Positions 8,968 to 16,714 of a DNA stretch of 35,599 bases are shown here, one piece after another. A program made the translations under genes and the position numbers. The stretch lies in assembly GCA_001818435.1 (NCBI GenBank), contig MHKO01000059.1, forward strand, positions 5,217 through 40,815. Direction: 5' to 3'. Source of the stretch: Candidatus Komeilibacteria bacterium RIFCSPLOWO2_02_FULL_48_11. Its GTDB lineage: Bacteria > Patescibacteriota > Patescibacteriia > UBA2169. Below the pieces are notes generated by a model that had not been told where the DNA came from, did not search any database, and saw only the letters and a list, made by a program, of their open reading frames with translations. Position 1 is the first letter of the stretch; each line of letters begins with the position of its first letter.

Positions 8968-9933
8968 TTAGAAATTAATATTATTACGTAAAATATTTGC
9001 AGGATCTTCCCTTGCTATTTCTAAGAGGCTGGGGTTAATCTTCTTCCCAATGGGTGGAACCATATTTGATCGAAAGCCACATACTATGCCAAGTTGTGAT
9101 AAAACCTTTAGGGTGAGTGTATTGTATGAATTAATAGGGTGAGACATCGCCGTAATCTCTTTATTACAAATTCTTTTAACATGATTGTAATTTCTCGCAT
9201 ACTCATTCAATTGCTCTTGATAAGGCAACGCGGAAAGTTGCCAGGGGTGATCATACGAATGCAAACCAATACAATGCCCCTTCTCGCTTAGGATCTTCAA
9301 CTCCTGGTTTGATAGCCATAAATTTTTCGCTATCTCTTGAAGAATTACTCCTCTATCTTCTATAATTTTATCTATTATATTTTCGAATTCTTCTTTAGAT
9401 AATAGTTCGTTTCTCAAAAATCTAAACTTTAAATCGTTTATTGAGTAAAAGGGGCTCAATATTTGTGTTTCCTGGGCATACCTCTTAAATTTATGCCCAT
9501 TGAGTTGGTCTAATAGTGATTCTTCACATCTGCTCAAAAACAGATTAAAGAACTCATTTACGTTGCTGAAGTACTTTGTTCCAAAGTAGCTATAGATTTG
9601 AAATTTCTCCCATTTCCCTTCAAATACCGAAGAATAGACAAACCAAAAAGCTCTTATGTTGTATTTTTCCAGGATAGGGAGACATATGTCATACTGACAT
9701 TTTAATCCATCGTCAAAGGTAATACATACATTGTTTGCGTTCAACTTATTATGCTTTAATTTATACAACCATTCATCCGATGAAAGAATGTTTTCTATTC
9801 CTACATAACAAAGTATATGTTCAAATTCTTTATCAGTAATAGAACCTTGGCCCGAGGGAGAAGAAACCTCTCTATGCACACGGTGAAACATTAAGCCGTG
9901 AGGGAACTGTGTAGGATATTTCTTCGCCTCCAT
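8968..9933 (-). CDS. Polysaccharide deacetylase (NodB homology, CE4)
   Basis: CITFDDG, IGLHSYDH, MSHP motifs. ATG 9933 preferred over the TTG at 9963. Confidence 0.85.
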   Translation of the reverse strand: MEAKKYPTQFPHGLMFHRVHREVSSPSGQGSITDKEFEHILCYVGIENILSSDEWLYKLKHNKLNANNVCITFDDGLKCQYDICLPILEKYNIRAFWFVYSSVFEGKWEKFQIYSYFGTKYFSNVNEFFNLFLSRCEESLLDQLNGHKFKRYAQETQILSPFYSINDLKFRFLRNELLSKEEFENIIDKIIEDRGVILQEIAKNLWLSNQELKILSEKGHCIGLHSYDHPWQLSALPYQEQLNEYARNYNHVKRICNKEITAMSHPINSYNTLTLKVLSQLGIVCGFRSNMVPPIGKKINPSLLEIAREDPANILRNNINF

Positions 9934-9966
9934 ATATATCAAAAGTTTAAGTTTAATTAACAAAAT

Positions 9967-11193
9967 TTATACACCAGCACTTTTTTTATAGGCAATATAG
10001 TCGACATGCCTCACGCCGTTGGCTCCGCGGAATAGATGTTTTGCCTTTTTGATACAGGTGTGTACTTTCTCTATATCTCCACCTTCTGTGGCGTCCAAAA
10101 TCTCTTTCACTTCCTGCACAAACTCGTTCGTTCGTTTGGCCACATATGCAGTCAAATCTAATTTTTCCAAAGCCCTTAGGTAGTTGTCGGCTTTCTCTTT
10201 CACAACCGCGCCTTCAATAACGGAATCCATGCGACAATCGGACATATAATCAACCAGAGAAAACAATCTGTCCGCGATCTCTGATAATGGTTTTAATATC
10301 TTCGGGACATCGATAACATCGTCGTCTTTGTGCATCAACCAGATAGCCTCCGTGAACACTCCAATATCCTTGAAGGATTGCGGTTGAAACTTTGGTTTGT
10401 TATTAAGAGAGTCTGAAAGGACCGGAAAAAGAATAGGTGGCCAGGACGAATAAAAAACAAGGTCGTTTTGGTCAAACCACCGCAAAACCTCTCCAACGGA
10501 AGGGTCGTTTTGCTTTTGAACGACCCAGCGGTCGAAAATAATAGCCCGCCGCGTCCGAGAAGCAAACCTCTGGCTACGGTCGATGTCTTCTTTGAACAGT
10601 CGCTCCGCTACCCCAATCATTTCGTCCCATGTTCTCGAAAATCTATAAATGATATACCGCTGTAGCATATTCTGGAATTCGCCTGCCTTGTTCGGATCCC
10701 CAAAAATCATATAGCCGCCAGGCTTAAGGAACGACGCTATCTTGGAAAACAACCCTTCCTTGTCGTTGGTATGAGACAAAACTCCGCGACAATGAACGAT
10801 GTCGTATTTTTCATCAGTTTCATAATCAAAAAGGGATGAACAGAAAAATCGGTGTTCGTTGTAGTTATTGGTGTATTTCTGAAAGACCTCCTTGGAGATC
10901 CGATGGGACTCATCGTTCATGTCGACCAACGTACAACGGGCTCCCCAATTTGCCAGATATACAGTGTTTTCCCCGGTTCCGGCTCCGCAATCAATCAAAG
11001 TACGCCCTTGAAACATGGAAGTAGGGAACTTGAGCAGATCCCGGTAGAGATAAGCCGCCTTCGCTTTCCACTCTTGATACTCTTTTTCTGATTTGTCCGA
11101 AAAGTATATCGAAGGAATTTCCTCTTTGAAAGTGGCTAGAACCGACAGTTCGACTTCTTTTATGCGTTCTCTCATGTTTTGTTCTCTATTCAT
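9967..11193 (-). CDS. Class I SAM-dependent methyltransferase with a long C-terminal extension
   Basis: LIDCGAGTG, YDIVHCRGVLSH, LKPGG. Confidence 0.85.
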   Translation of the reverse strand: MNREQNMRERIKEVELSVLATFKEEIPSIYFSDKSEKEYQEWKAKAAYLYRDLLKFPTSMFQGRTLIDCGAGTGENTVYLANWGARCTLVDMNDESHRISKEVFQKYTNNYNEHRFFCSSLFDYETDEKYDIVHCRGVLSHTNDKEGLFSKIASFLKPGGYMIFGDPNKAGEFQNMLQRYIIYRFSRTWDEMIGVAERLFKEDIDRSQRFASRTRRAIIFDRWVVQKQNDPSVGEVLRWFDQNDLVFYSSWPPILFPVLSDSLNNKPKFQPQSFKDIGVFTEAIWLMHKDDDVIDVPKILKPLSEIADRLFSLVDYMSDCRMDSVIEGAVVKEKADNYLRALEKLDLTAYVAKRTNEFVQEVKEILDATEGGDIEKVHTCIKKAKHLFRGANGVRHVDYIAYKKSAGV

Positions 11194-11250
11194 AATTTAT
11201 ATTTTGAGTTTCTAACGATAATAATTATTAAATCTTTGATTCAATATAAC

Positions 11251-12489
11251 TCAATCAAAATAGCTTTCGAGCTTACTCTCTCTCACTGTGTCCAAGGTAG
11301 CACAATGTATTCCCCCTCCTTGGGTATAAATGTGCCGCATTCTCACTGGTATAACCGTAATCCCATGATTTTCCAGTACTTTTATCAAGTTGACTTGTCT
11401 TTGGTCTACCACTGCGGTATATGGGTCTAACGAAAGTAAGTTCATTCCTACCCAGGGAGAGGCTAGGAGTTCCATATTGGTTTCAAAACCTAATGCTTGT
11501 AATTTTTTTCCAATTGGATCCCTCACTTCTTTCTGAAATTTCATCTCATGCTCTGTAACTGCGGCCACGTCCGAAAACCATATCTTATCCCATTTGTCAA
11601 ACATTTTTGGCATGTTCTTCTCATTTACCCTGATACTATTTACCAATACGAGACCGGGCCGCAAGCACATGAATGTTGAATCAATATGGCTGGAACGATA
11701 GACTTCTTCCGTGGCATGCACCCGGTACTCATCGCCCAGGACGGCCTGCAACCACTTCGCTCCCAGGTAATTACCTGCCGAAGAAACCAAATAGAGAAGG
11801 TCTTTCCCCATTCTTAATACTGTAGCTGCTTCGAACAAAATTTCATTTTCCGTTACTTTATGCAACTTTTCTATCCTACCGTCGGTTAGCTGCTGATAGA
11901 GAATATCTTCCTCTGTCAACTTTCTTGCGTTTTCATCTCTGTAATAGGGAATAACAACATCACCCACCAATTTGGGTTTGGGTCCGCATACCCATCGAAA
12001 TCCCTCTTTCATGTATTCATACCAGATTGGATAGAGGGCCGTGGCTTCAAAATATCTACTTTTTATCATGGAAGGACTTTCTACTACCGTATTGCCAATA
12101 ACCAAATGTAAATCTCTAACATTGTAAACATTATTCCCTGTTGAAGACCAAGAATAAGGAGAAGAATACATGTTCGAAAGATCATACACTTGAGGACGAT
12201 ACACCTTGGCCCTGTATTGTTTGAGTACCTCACACAGGCCATTTAAATCCTCGTCTATCTCATCTAAGAACCACTGGGGATAGGCTTCTCTGGCTAGTTC
12301 ATAAGCCTTTTCTTTTGCTACTTCTGGAATAGGTTCTGGTTTTGTCCAAGTTAAAACCGCTTTAGTTCCCTCAGCTGTTCCGACTATAACCTCCCGAAGT
12401 TTATCCCATTCGTTATGACTGTTTATTTTCCCCGCCTTATGAGCAGTGGTTTCCATACTGGAGATAACTATTTTGTTGTTGAAATCCAT
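11251..12489 (-). CDS. Amidinotransferase (glycine / inosamine-phosphate amidinotransferase family: AGAT, StrB1, SxtG-like)
   Basis: NSHNEWDKLREVIVG, VRDLHLVIG, FEAA, HIDSTF, GMNLLS, GGGIHCATLD (catalytic Cys). Start uncertain: TTG 12528, ATG 12489 or ATG 12456. Confidence 0.9.
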   Translation of the reverse strand: MDFNNKIVISSMETTAHKAGKINSHNEWDKLREVIVGTAEGTKAVLTWTKPEPIPEVAKEKAYELAREAYPQWFLDEIDEDLNGLCEVLKQYRAKVYRPQVYDLSNMYSSPYSWSSTGNNVYNVRDLHLVIGNTVVESPSMIKSRYFEATALYPIWYEYMKEGFRWVCGPKPKLVGDVVIPYYRDENARKLTEEDILYQQLTDGRIEKLHKVTENEILFEAATVLRMGKDLLYLVSSAGNYLGAKWLQAVLGDEYRVHATEEVYRSSHIDSTFMCLRPGLVLVNSIRVNEKNMPKMFDKWDKIWFSDVAAVTEHEMKFQKEVRDPIGKKLQALGFETNMELLASPWVGMNLLSLDPYTAVVDQRQVNLIKVLENHGITVIPVRMRHIYTQGGGIHCATLDTVRESKLESYFD

Positions 12490-12605
12490 ATTTTTTATTA
12501 CATTTTGAGTATCTTTACCTCTGCCCAAAACTCGTAGATTTCTATAGTAACATCTTTTTATGGCTTAGCCAATGTCTTGCAGTAGTGGTATTATTCACAT
12601 ACATA

Positions 12606-12663
12606 TGACCCTTCTAGGCGTAGCCGGAGGGCCCGTAGCGCCTCGGTTTGTACGGGCTTGACC
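12606..12663. repeat. Small GC-rich double-hairpin element flanked by TGACC direct repeats (REP/MITE-like)
   Basis: TGACC at 12606-12610 and 12659-12663; hairpins CCCTTC..GGC-GTA-GCC..GGAGGG (12609-12631) and GCCCGTA-N13-TACGGGC (12631-12657) in an AT-rich intergenic region. Confidence 0.5.
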
Positions 12664-12710
12664 ATGTTTCGGTCCCTTAATATCAAGTCGGGGAATAATA
12701 CGGATATTCT

Positions 12711-13505
12711 TCATAAATGCACCCAATAATGAGTTGTAAATTCATTCTGATCAAGCCAGAGTTTTTTATACCCAATGGCTTGCAAAAATCTATCTATAAC
12801 CTGGGTTGAATCTCCATACCGGCTTAGAAATTTTTGGTGAACTTCCAACAACATGGCTGGTTTGTTTTTTATCAATATCTGTTTGGCTCCCAATAAGGCC
12901 CGACACTCGGCGCCTTCGATGTCAAATTTCATGAGAGTGGGCAGTTCCCGATGTTGAAAAAAATCGTCTAATTTCCAACAATCCACTTCTAAACCAGAAT
13001 CAGCAATACTGCCGCCTGGTCCGCCGGCGTGAAGATTGAACGATACCGGGCCAGTCTGGTCAGCCACAGCCGCTTTAACAACTTCTACATTCTTTACTTG
13101 ATTTAGATTGATATTAACTTTGATATGATTATAATTGATAGTATCGGGTTCAAAAATATAAACTCTCGATGCCGGGTTGGCAGCAGCTGATATCAACCCA
13201 AAAATCCCGTTATAACCACCGAGGTCCACAACTATGTTCTTATTCTCTGACTGTTTTTTCCAAATTTTTAAAAGTTGGTTTTCCTGCCGGCCTTGGCTTG
13301 ATAAGTTAGCCAAATGGTGTTGATAATAATTGCTAAAAGACAGTTTTATCTTGACTCCCTCTATACTGACTTCCCAGTACTTCTTTCCTTTTAATTTGGA
13401 ACCGAGATAACCCAAGTATTGCTTTATTTTTTTCTTATAGTATTTACCGGCCCACCGCCAATCAAGATGCCATAAGGTATGCAATTTTTTAGTTAATTTT
13501 TTCAT
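12711..13505 (-). CDS. FkbM family methyltransferase
   Basis: VVDLGGYNG, FEPD, LMKFDIEGAE, LLEVH. ATG 13505 preferred because the promoter at 13518-13546 overlaps the longer TTG start. Confidence 0.9.
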   Translation of the reverse strand: MKKLTKKLHTLWHLDWRWAGKYYKKKIKQYLGYLGSKLKGKKYWEVSIEGVKIKLSFSNYYQHHLANLSSQGRQENQLLKIWKKQSENKNIVVDLGGYNGIFGLISAAANPASRVYIFEPDTINYNHIKVNINLNQVKNVEVVKAAVADQTGPVSFNLHAGGPGGSIADSGLEVDCWKLDDFFQHRELPTLMKFDIEGAECRALLGAKQILIKNKPAMLLEVHQKFLSRYGDSTQVIDRFLQAIGYKKLWLDQNEFTTHYWVHL

Positions 13506-13517
13506 ACAACTTACCCT

Positions 13518-13546
13518 AATATAATACAATGACTAAAAATTGTAAA
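13518..13546 (-). promoter_or_regulatory. Putative sigma70 promoter for the FkbM gene
   Basis: Minus strand TTTACA-17 nt-TATATT, 12 nt upstream of ATG 13505. Confidence 0.55.
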
Positions 13547-13571
13547 TGTAAGCCTAAATGGAAAAACTTCA

Positions 13572-13600
13572 TTGACAATTGGCATAAATCACACTATTAT
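13572..13600 (+). promoter_or_regulatory. Near-consensus sigma70 promoter, native promoter of the 15203 capsule gene before IS insertion
   Basis: TTGACA (13572-13577), 17 nt spacer, TATTAT (13595-13600). Points toward the IS110 right end 11 bp away. Confidence 0.7.
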
Positions 13601-13653
13601 TGCTATTGCTTATGACAAGTTATATTGTTAATAACTCTTAATCGGAAATATTT

Positions 13654-14832
13654 CTATGCTAATTTAGTAGAATCAAAGGAGCAGTTGTTCTTTAAAATGT
13701 GATAAATAACTTTGGTTAGTTTGTTAGCAGCGGCCGTAACAGCGTAGCGATGCGATCGTCCCATAAACCGTCTTTTCTGGTATTGTTTTTTGAAAGTCGG
13801 TTCTACTCGACAGGTTACCATCGCTGAATACCACAGAGCGTTGCGAAGATACTTTGAACCGCGTTTGGAAATTGACGTCCTACCTTGGTAGGCGCCGGAC
13901 TCTTTCAGTTTCGGATCTAAACCGGCGAAGGCAATCAGTTTAATGGCCGAGGAAAAATTATTGATGTTTCCGATTTCAGAAATTATGGCAGCGCCGGTAC
14001 TTGGACCAATCCCAGGGATAGAAAAGATCGGTGAATTAACTTCTTGAACGAGTGTGGCAATTTTACTCTCTAAAAAATCTGTTTGTTCCTGAAACACTTT
14101 CAAACGAGCGAGCAAAATATCTAATTCGATTTTGAACGCCTCTTTGCCAAAAGAGATGCCGATTGAGTTCTTAGCTACCGCGTGCAGCAGTTCAATTTTC
14201 TTTTTACCGATTCCCCGTTTGCTCAAGCCCTTAATCACCTTTGTCAGTTTTTCCAGAGACAGTTCAGATAGTTCTTCGGGGGTTGGATAGTCGGTCAAGA
14301 GCGCCATGGCCGTTGTGCCAAAACGGTTGGAAAAGATGGCGGCAAACTCGGGGAAGATGCGATCCAGGACAGCGATGATTTTACGCTTTAAATCACCGCT
14401 ATTAGCCACCAAATCAGCTTTTAACCGAGTTAACTCGCGCAGATTCATCAGGCTGTCTATGGTGACATTGCATCGGTCAAAATCACCGAATCTGAGTAGC
14501 GAGGCAATCCGCTCCGCGTCCACATTGTCGCTCTTAGCTCCACGCAGATTCGTGTTGCGAAACGACTTGACCTGTAAAGGGTTTAAGAGAGCGATCCGAT
14601 CAGCCAAAAAACCAAGTTGCAACAAATAGTCGTACAGGTTAAGAAAGTAGTGGCCGGTCGCCTCCATGCCGATCAAAACTTCTTCCCGACTGACATCTTT
14701 CAACCGCTCCTTTAATTGTTCAAAACCGGATCGGTCATTGGTCATCTGCCAGATTGTTTTGTCTTCGCCGTCACCAGACAGGCGACAGAGTGAGTGAGAA
14801 AACTTTCCCACATCAATACCCAAGTAGAGCAT
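13654..14832 (-). CDS. IS110 family transposase / bridge recombinase (DEDD RuvC-like domain plus Transposase_20 domain)
   Basis: LGIDVGK, IGMEATGHY, KSDNVDA (DEDD tetrad); IPGIG; FAGLDPKLKESG with the conserved Ser; ISKRGSKYLR; AANKL. Confidence 0.96.
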   Translation of the reverse strand: MLYLGIDVGKFSHSLCRLSGDGEDKTIWQMTNDRSGFEQLKERLKDVSREEVLIGMEATGHYFLNLYDYLLQLGFLADRIALLNPLQVKSFRNTNLRGAKSDNVDAERIASLLRFGDFDRCNVTIDSLMNLRELTRLKADLVANSGDLKRKIIAVLDRIFPEFAAIFSNRFGTTAMALLTDYPTPEELSELSLEKLTKVIKGLSKRGIGKKKIELLHAVAKNSIGISFGKEAFKIELDILLARLKVFQEQTDFLESKIATLVQEVNSPIFSIPGIGPSTGAAIISEIGNINNFSSAIKLIAFAGLDPKLKESGAYQGRTSISKRGSKYLRNALWYSAMVTCRVEPTFKKQYQKRRFMGRSHRYAVTAAANKLTKVIYHILKNNCSFDSTKLA

Positions 14833-14854
14833 AGGTTTAACTTCTTAAAAATTA

Positions 14855-15128
14855 ACCGTAGAAATATTTCCAATTAAGAAGTCAAACTTCTCTTCTACAC
14901 TACACCACAATCATGTATTTAGACCCGTGATATTTCTCAAAAAGAGAAACTCACATCAAGTTAAATTCGTGGTCCAGTAGTCCAGAAAAGAAGTAAATAG
15001 TCATAGCATGGTAGTGCCAAAGGCCTACATGAAAAATATGATTTTGCTTCTTCTTCTGAAGATTATTTCTACTGGTAAAGAGTGTAGCCGAGATTATACA
15101 ACTTGTCGATGAGCATCACTGCTCTCGG
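14855..15128 (-). ncRNA. Predicted IS110 bridge RNA (5' hairpin, target-binding loop, donor-binding loop)
   Basis: Complementary stem pairs read on the + strand: GTAGAAATA 14858-66/TATTTCTAC 15064-72; ACTAC 14899-903/GTAGT 14977-81; ACCAC 14904-08/GTGGT 14969-73; GTGA..TTTCTC-AAAAA-GAGAAA..TCAC 14927-54; TCATA 15001-05/TATGA 15037-41; GTAG.GCC-AAA-GGC.CTAC 15011-28; CCGAGA 15088-93/TCTCGG 15123-28. Loop strands match the element ends and the target. Ends approximate. Confidence 0.78.
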
Positions 15129-15133
15129 TGGGT

Positions 15134-15159
15134 ATTATATCTAATAACTATATACATGA
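15134..15159 (-). promoter_or_regulatory. -10 half (TATAAT) of the IS110 circle-junction promoter; the -35 half (TTGTCA) lies at 13613-13618
   Basis: The joined ends read TTGTCA-TGTATATAGTTATTAGA-TATAAT, a 17-nt spacer. Confidence 0.75.
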
Positions 15160-15202
15160 AAAGTAATGTTACCAATAATAGACTAACCTAAATTCTAATT
15201 CT

Positions 15203-16714
15203 ATGAAAGGCTGTTTTCTTTTACAGCGCAGCTTTGCGCCGGTCGGCCACGCCATGGCGGTTGTCTTTAAAAAAAAATATGGGATAGACAAACATTGCGC
15301 TTTGGTTACGGTGCGAAACAATTATTTTTTCCTGAAAAATCAAACTGACGTTATATATACTAATCTGATTTTAGACGAGGACATACACGCCGCTCATAAA
15401 GATGAAAAATTAGATTTAGGCTATCTACAATGGCTAGAGAAGGAATATGGAATTCCCAATCTCTGGCCCTATCTTACTATTGACCGCATTTTATTACACG
15501 GCCAGTTTCTCCGGTCTTACCCTTACGACCAACCTCTTTATAACCATAACAATCTGCTTAAAATACTTCAAGTGACGGCCAAAAAAATCATCGCTTTTCT
15601 GGATACCGAAAAGCCGACTTTTGTTTTTCTTCCTGCGGTCGGCAGTTTGGCACCTTTGCTTTTATATGAAATAGCCAGAAAAAAAGGGATTCCCGTGTTT
15701 TTGGGAGAATTTTCCCGTTTCAAAAATCATTATATGATTACGGAAAATCCCCGTGGTTTTTCGTCATTGCGCGAACGATTTTTAAAAATAAAGAATAAAG
15801 AAGTGCGGCCCCCAAAACAAACGGCGGAATACGCCAAATCATTAATTCGGTCCTACCAAGAGCAACCGACGGTATATGATGAAACTGCCACGCCTGACCG
15901 ACAACCAATCAGCCGGCATAAACAGCTGAAGTTCTTGCTACCCTCTAATCTGTATCAACCGATCTATTGGTTTTTAAAAACACTGACTGACTACTACTTT
16001 GGGAGACAAACAAAAGATTATACGCAGATAAATCCCTGGTTTTATTTAATTGACCGTCTGAGAAAAAAATGCCGGGTTTTAATCGGCTATGATGATCTAT
16101 ATGATACTATGGATGAGAATGAAGACTTTGCTTATTTTTCGTTAAGCTTAGAACCCGAACTCAACTTGCTTTTTTACTCGCCGTTTGCCACTGATCAAAT
16201 TAACGTGATTAGACAACTAGCTCAATCTCTGCCGGTTCATTATAAACTATATGTCAAGGAGCACCCGCATATGGTCGGCGACCGACCAAGAAGATTTTAC
16301 AAAGCGATCAAAAAAATGCCCAATGTAAAACTAATTCATCCCAGTGTTAAAAATTTCGACATCATACAAAAAAGCAAACTCGTGGCCACTGTTAATGGCA
16401 CGGCTGGTTGGGAAGCTGTATTATTTAAAAAACCAAGTATTACTTTTGGAGAAGTATTTTATAACCCGCTCTCCATGGTGAAATATTGCACGTCCATGCA
16501 TGATCTAGCCGCTATCGTAAAAGAGCAACTTGAATCATTTAGTTATTACGAGCAAGAACTTCATAATTTTGTCATGGCTCTCTTAGTGGATACCGTACCG
16601 GTCGATATGATACAATTATGGGAACGCCGAGATCGCCAAACTGATATCGATAAAATGGCCCAGGCGGTTGAGCCATTAGTTGATCTGATAGCAAAAAAAC
16701 TGAAACTTATTTAG
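15203..16714 (+). CDS. Capsule polysaccharide biosynthesis protein (Capsule_synth/KpsS-like GT-B fold; possible nonulosonate or Kdo transferase)
   Basis: C-terminal YFSLSLEPE, LYVKEHP, VATVNGTAGWEAVLFKKPSITFG pattern of PF05159-like proteins; lies in a CMP-nonulosonate locus. Confidence 0.78.
   Translation: MKGCFLLQRSFAPVGHAMAVVFKKKYGIDKHCALVTVRNNYFFLKNQTDVIYTNLILDEDIHAAHKDEKLDLGYLQWLEKEYGIPNLWPYLTIDRILLHGQFLRSYPYDQPLYNHNNLLKILQVTAKKIIAFLDTEKPTFVFLPAVGSLAPLLLYEIARKKGIPVFLGEFSRFKNHYMITENPRGFSSLRERFLKIKNKEVRPPKQTAEYAKSLIRSYQEQPTVYDETATPDRQPISRHKQLKFLLPSNLYQPIYWFLKTLTDYYFGRQTKDYTQINPWFYLIDRLRKKCRVLIGYDDLYDTMDENEDFAYFSLSLEPELNLLFYSPFATDQINVIRQLAQSLPVHYKLYVKEHPHMVGDRPRRFYKAIKKMPNVKLIHPSVKNFDIIQKSKLVATVNGTAGWEAVLFKKPSITFGEVFYNPLSMVKYCTSMHDLAAIVKEQLESFSYYEQELHNFVMALLVDTVPVDMIQLWERRDRQTDIDKMAQAVEPLVDLIAKKLKLI

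Larger units (their letters stand above)
13612..15159 (-). mobile_element. IS110 family insertion sequence (IS110 group: long non-coding left end, short right end)
   Basis: Intact recombinase CDS; ATGA (TCAT on the - strand) at both 13612-13615 and 15156-15159; both ends match the internal ncRNA loops; joining the ends gives TTGTCA-17-TATAAT. Confidence 0.85.

Noticed and set aside
4160..12489. Saxitoxin biosynthesis cluster (SxtI/J/L/G-like genes)
   Set aside because: No SxtA-like PKS/AONS, SxtB deaminase or Rieske oxygenases; all neighbours are sugar-nucleotide and glycosyltransferase genes.
13636..14879. Terminal or IS1111-type sub-terminal inverted repeats defining the IS
   Set aside because: The upstream copy is about 280 bp inside the left end and would exclude the ncRNA and -10 box; reported instead as a probable RNA-level pairing.
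13603..15151. Alternative IS110 boundaries using the ATAG/CTAT repeat (13603-13606, 15148-15151)
   Set aside because: Gives an 18-nt junction spacer and does not fit the donor-loop matches; the TCAT core explains all four guide segments and gives a 17-nt spacer.
15156..15191. ATG in the IS core as the true start of the capsule gene
   Set aside because: That frame stops after 11 codons (TAA) and is out of frame with 15203.
15269..15277. A9 tract early in the capsule gene (and T9 near 31487-31495) as slipped-strand phase-variation sites
   Set aside because: A/T runs of 7-9 nt are common throughout this AT-rich window and both frames are intact.
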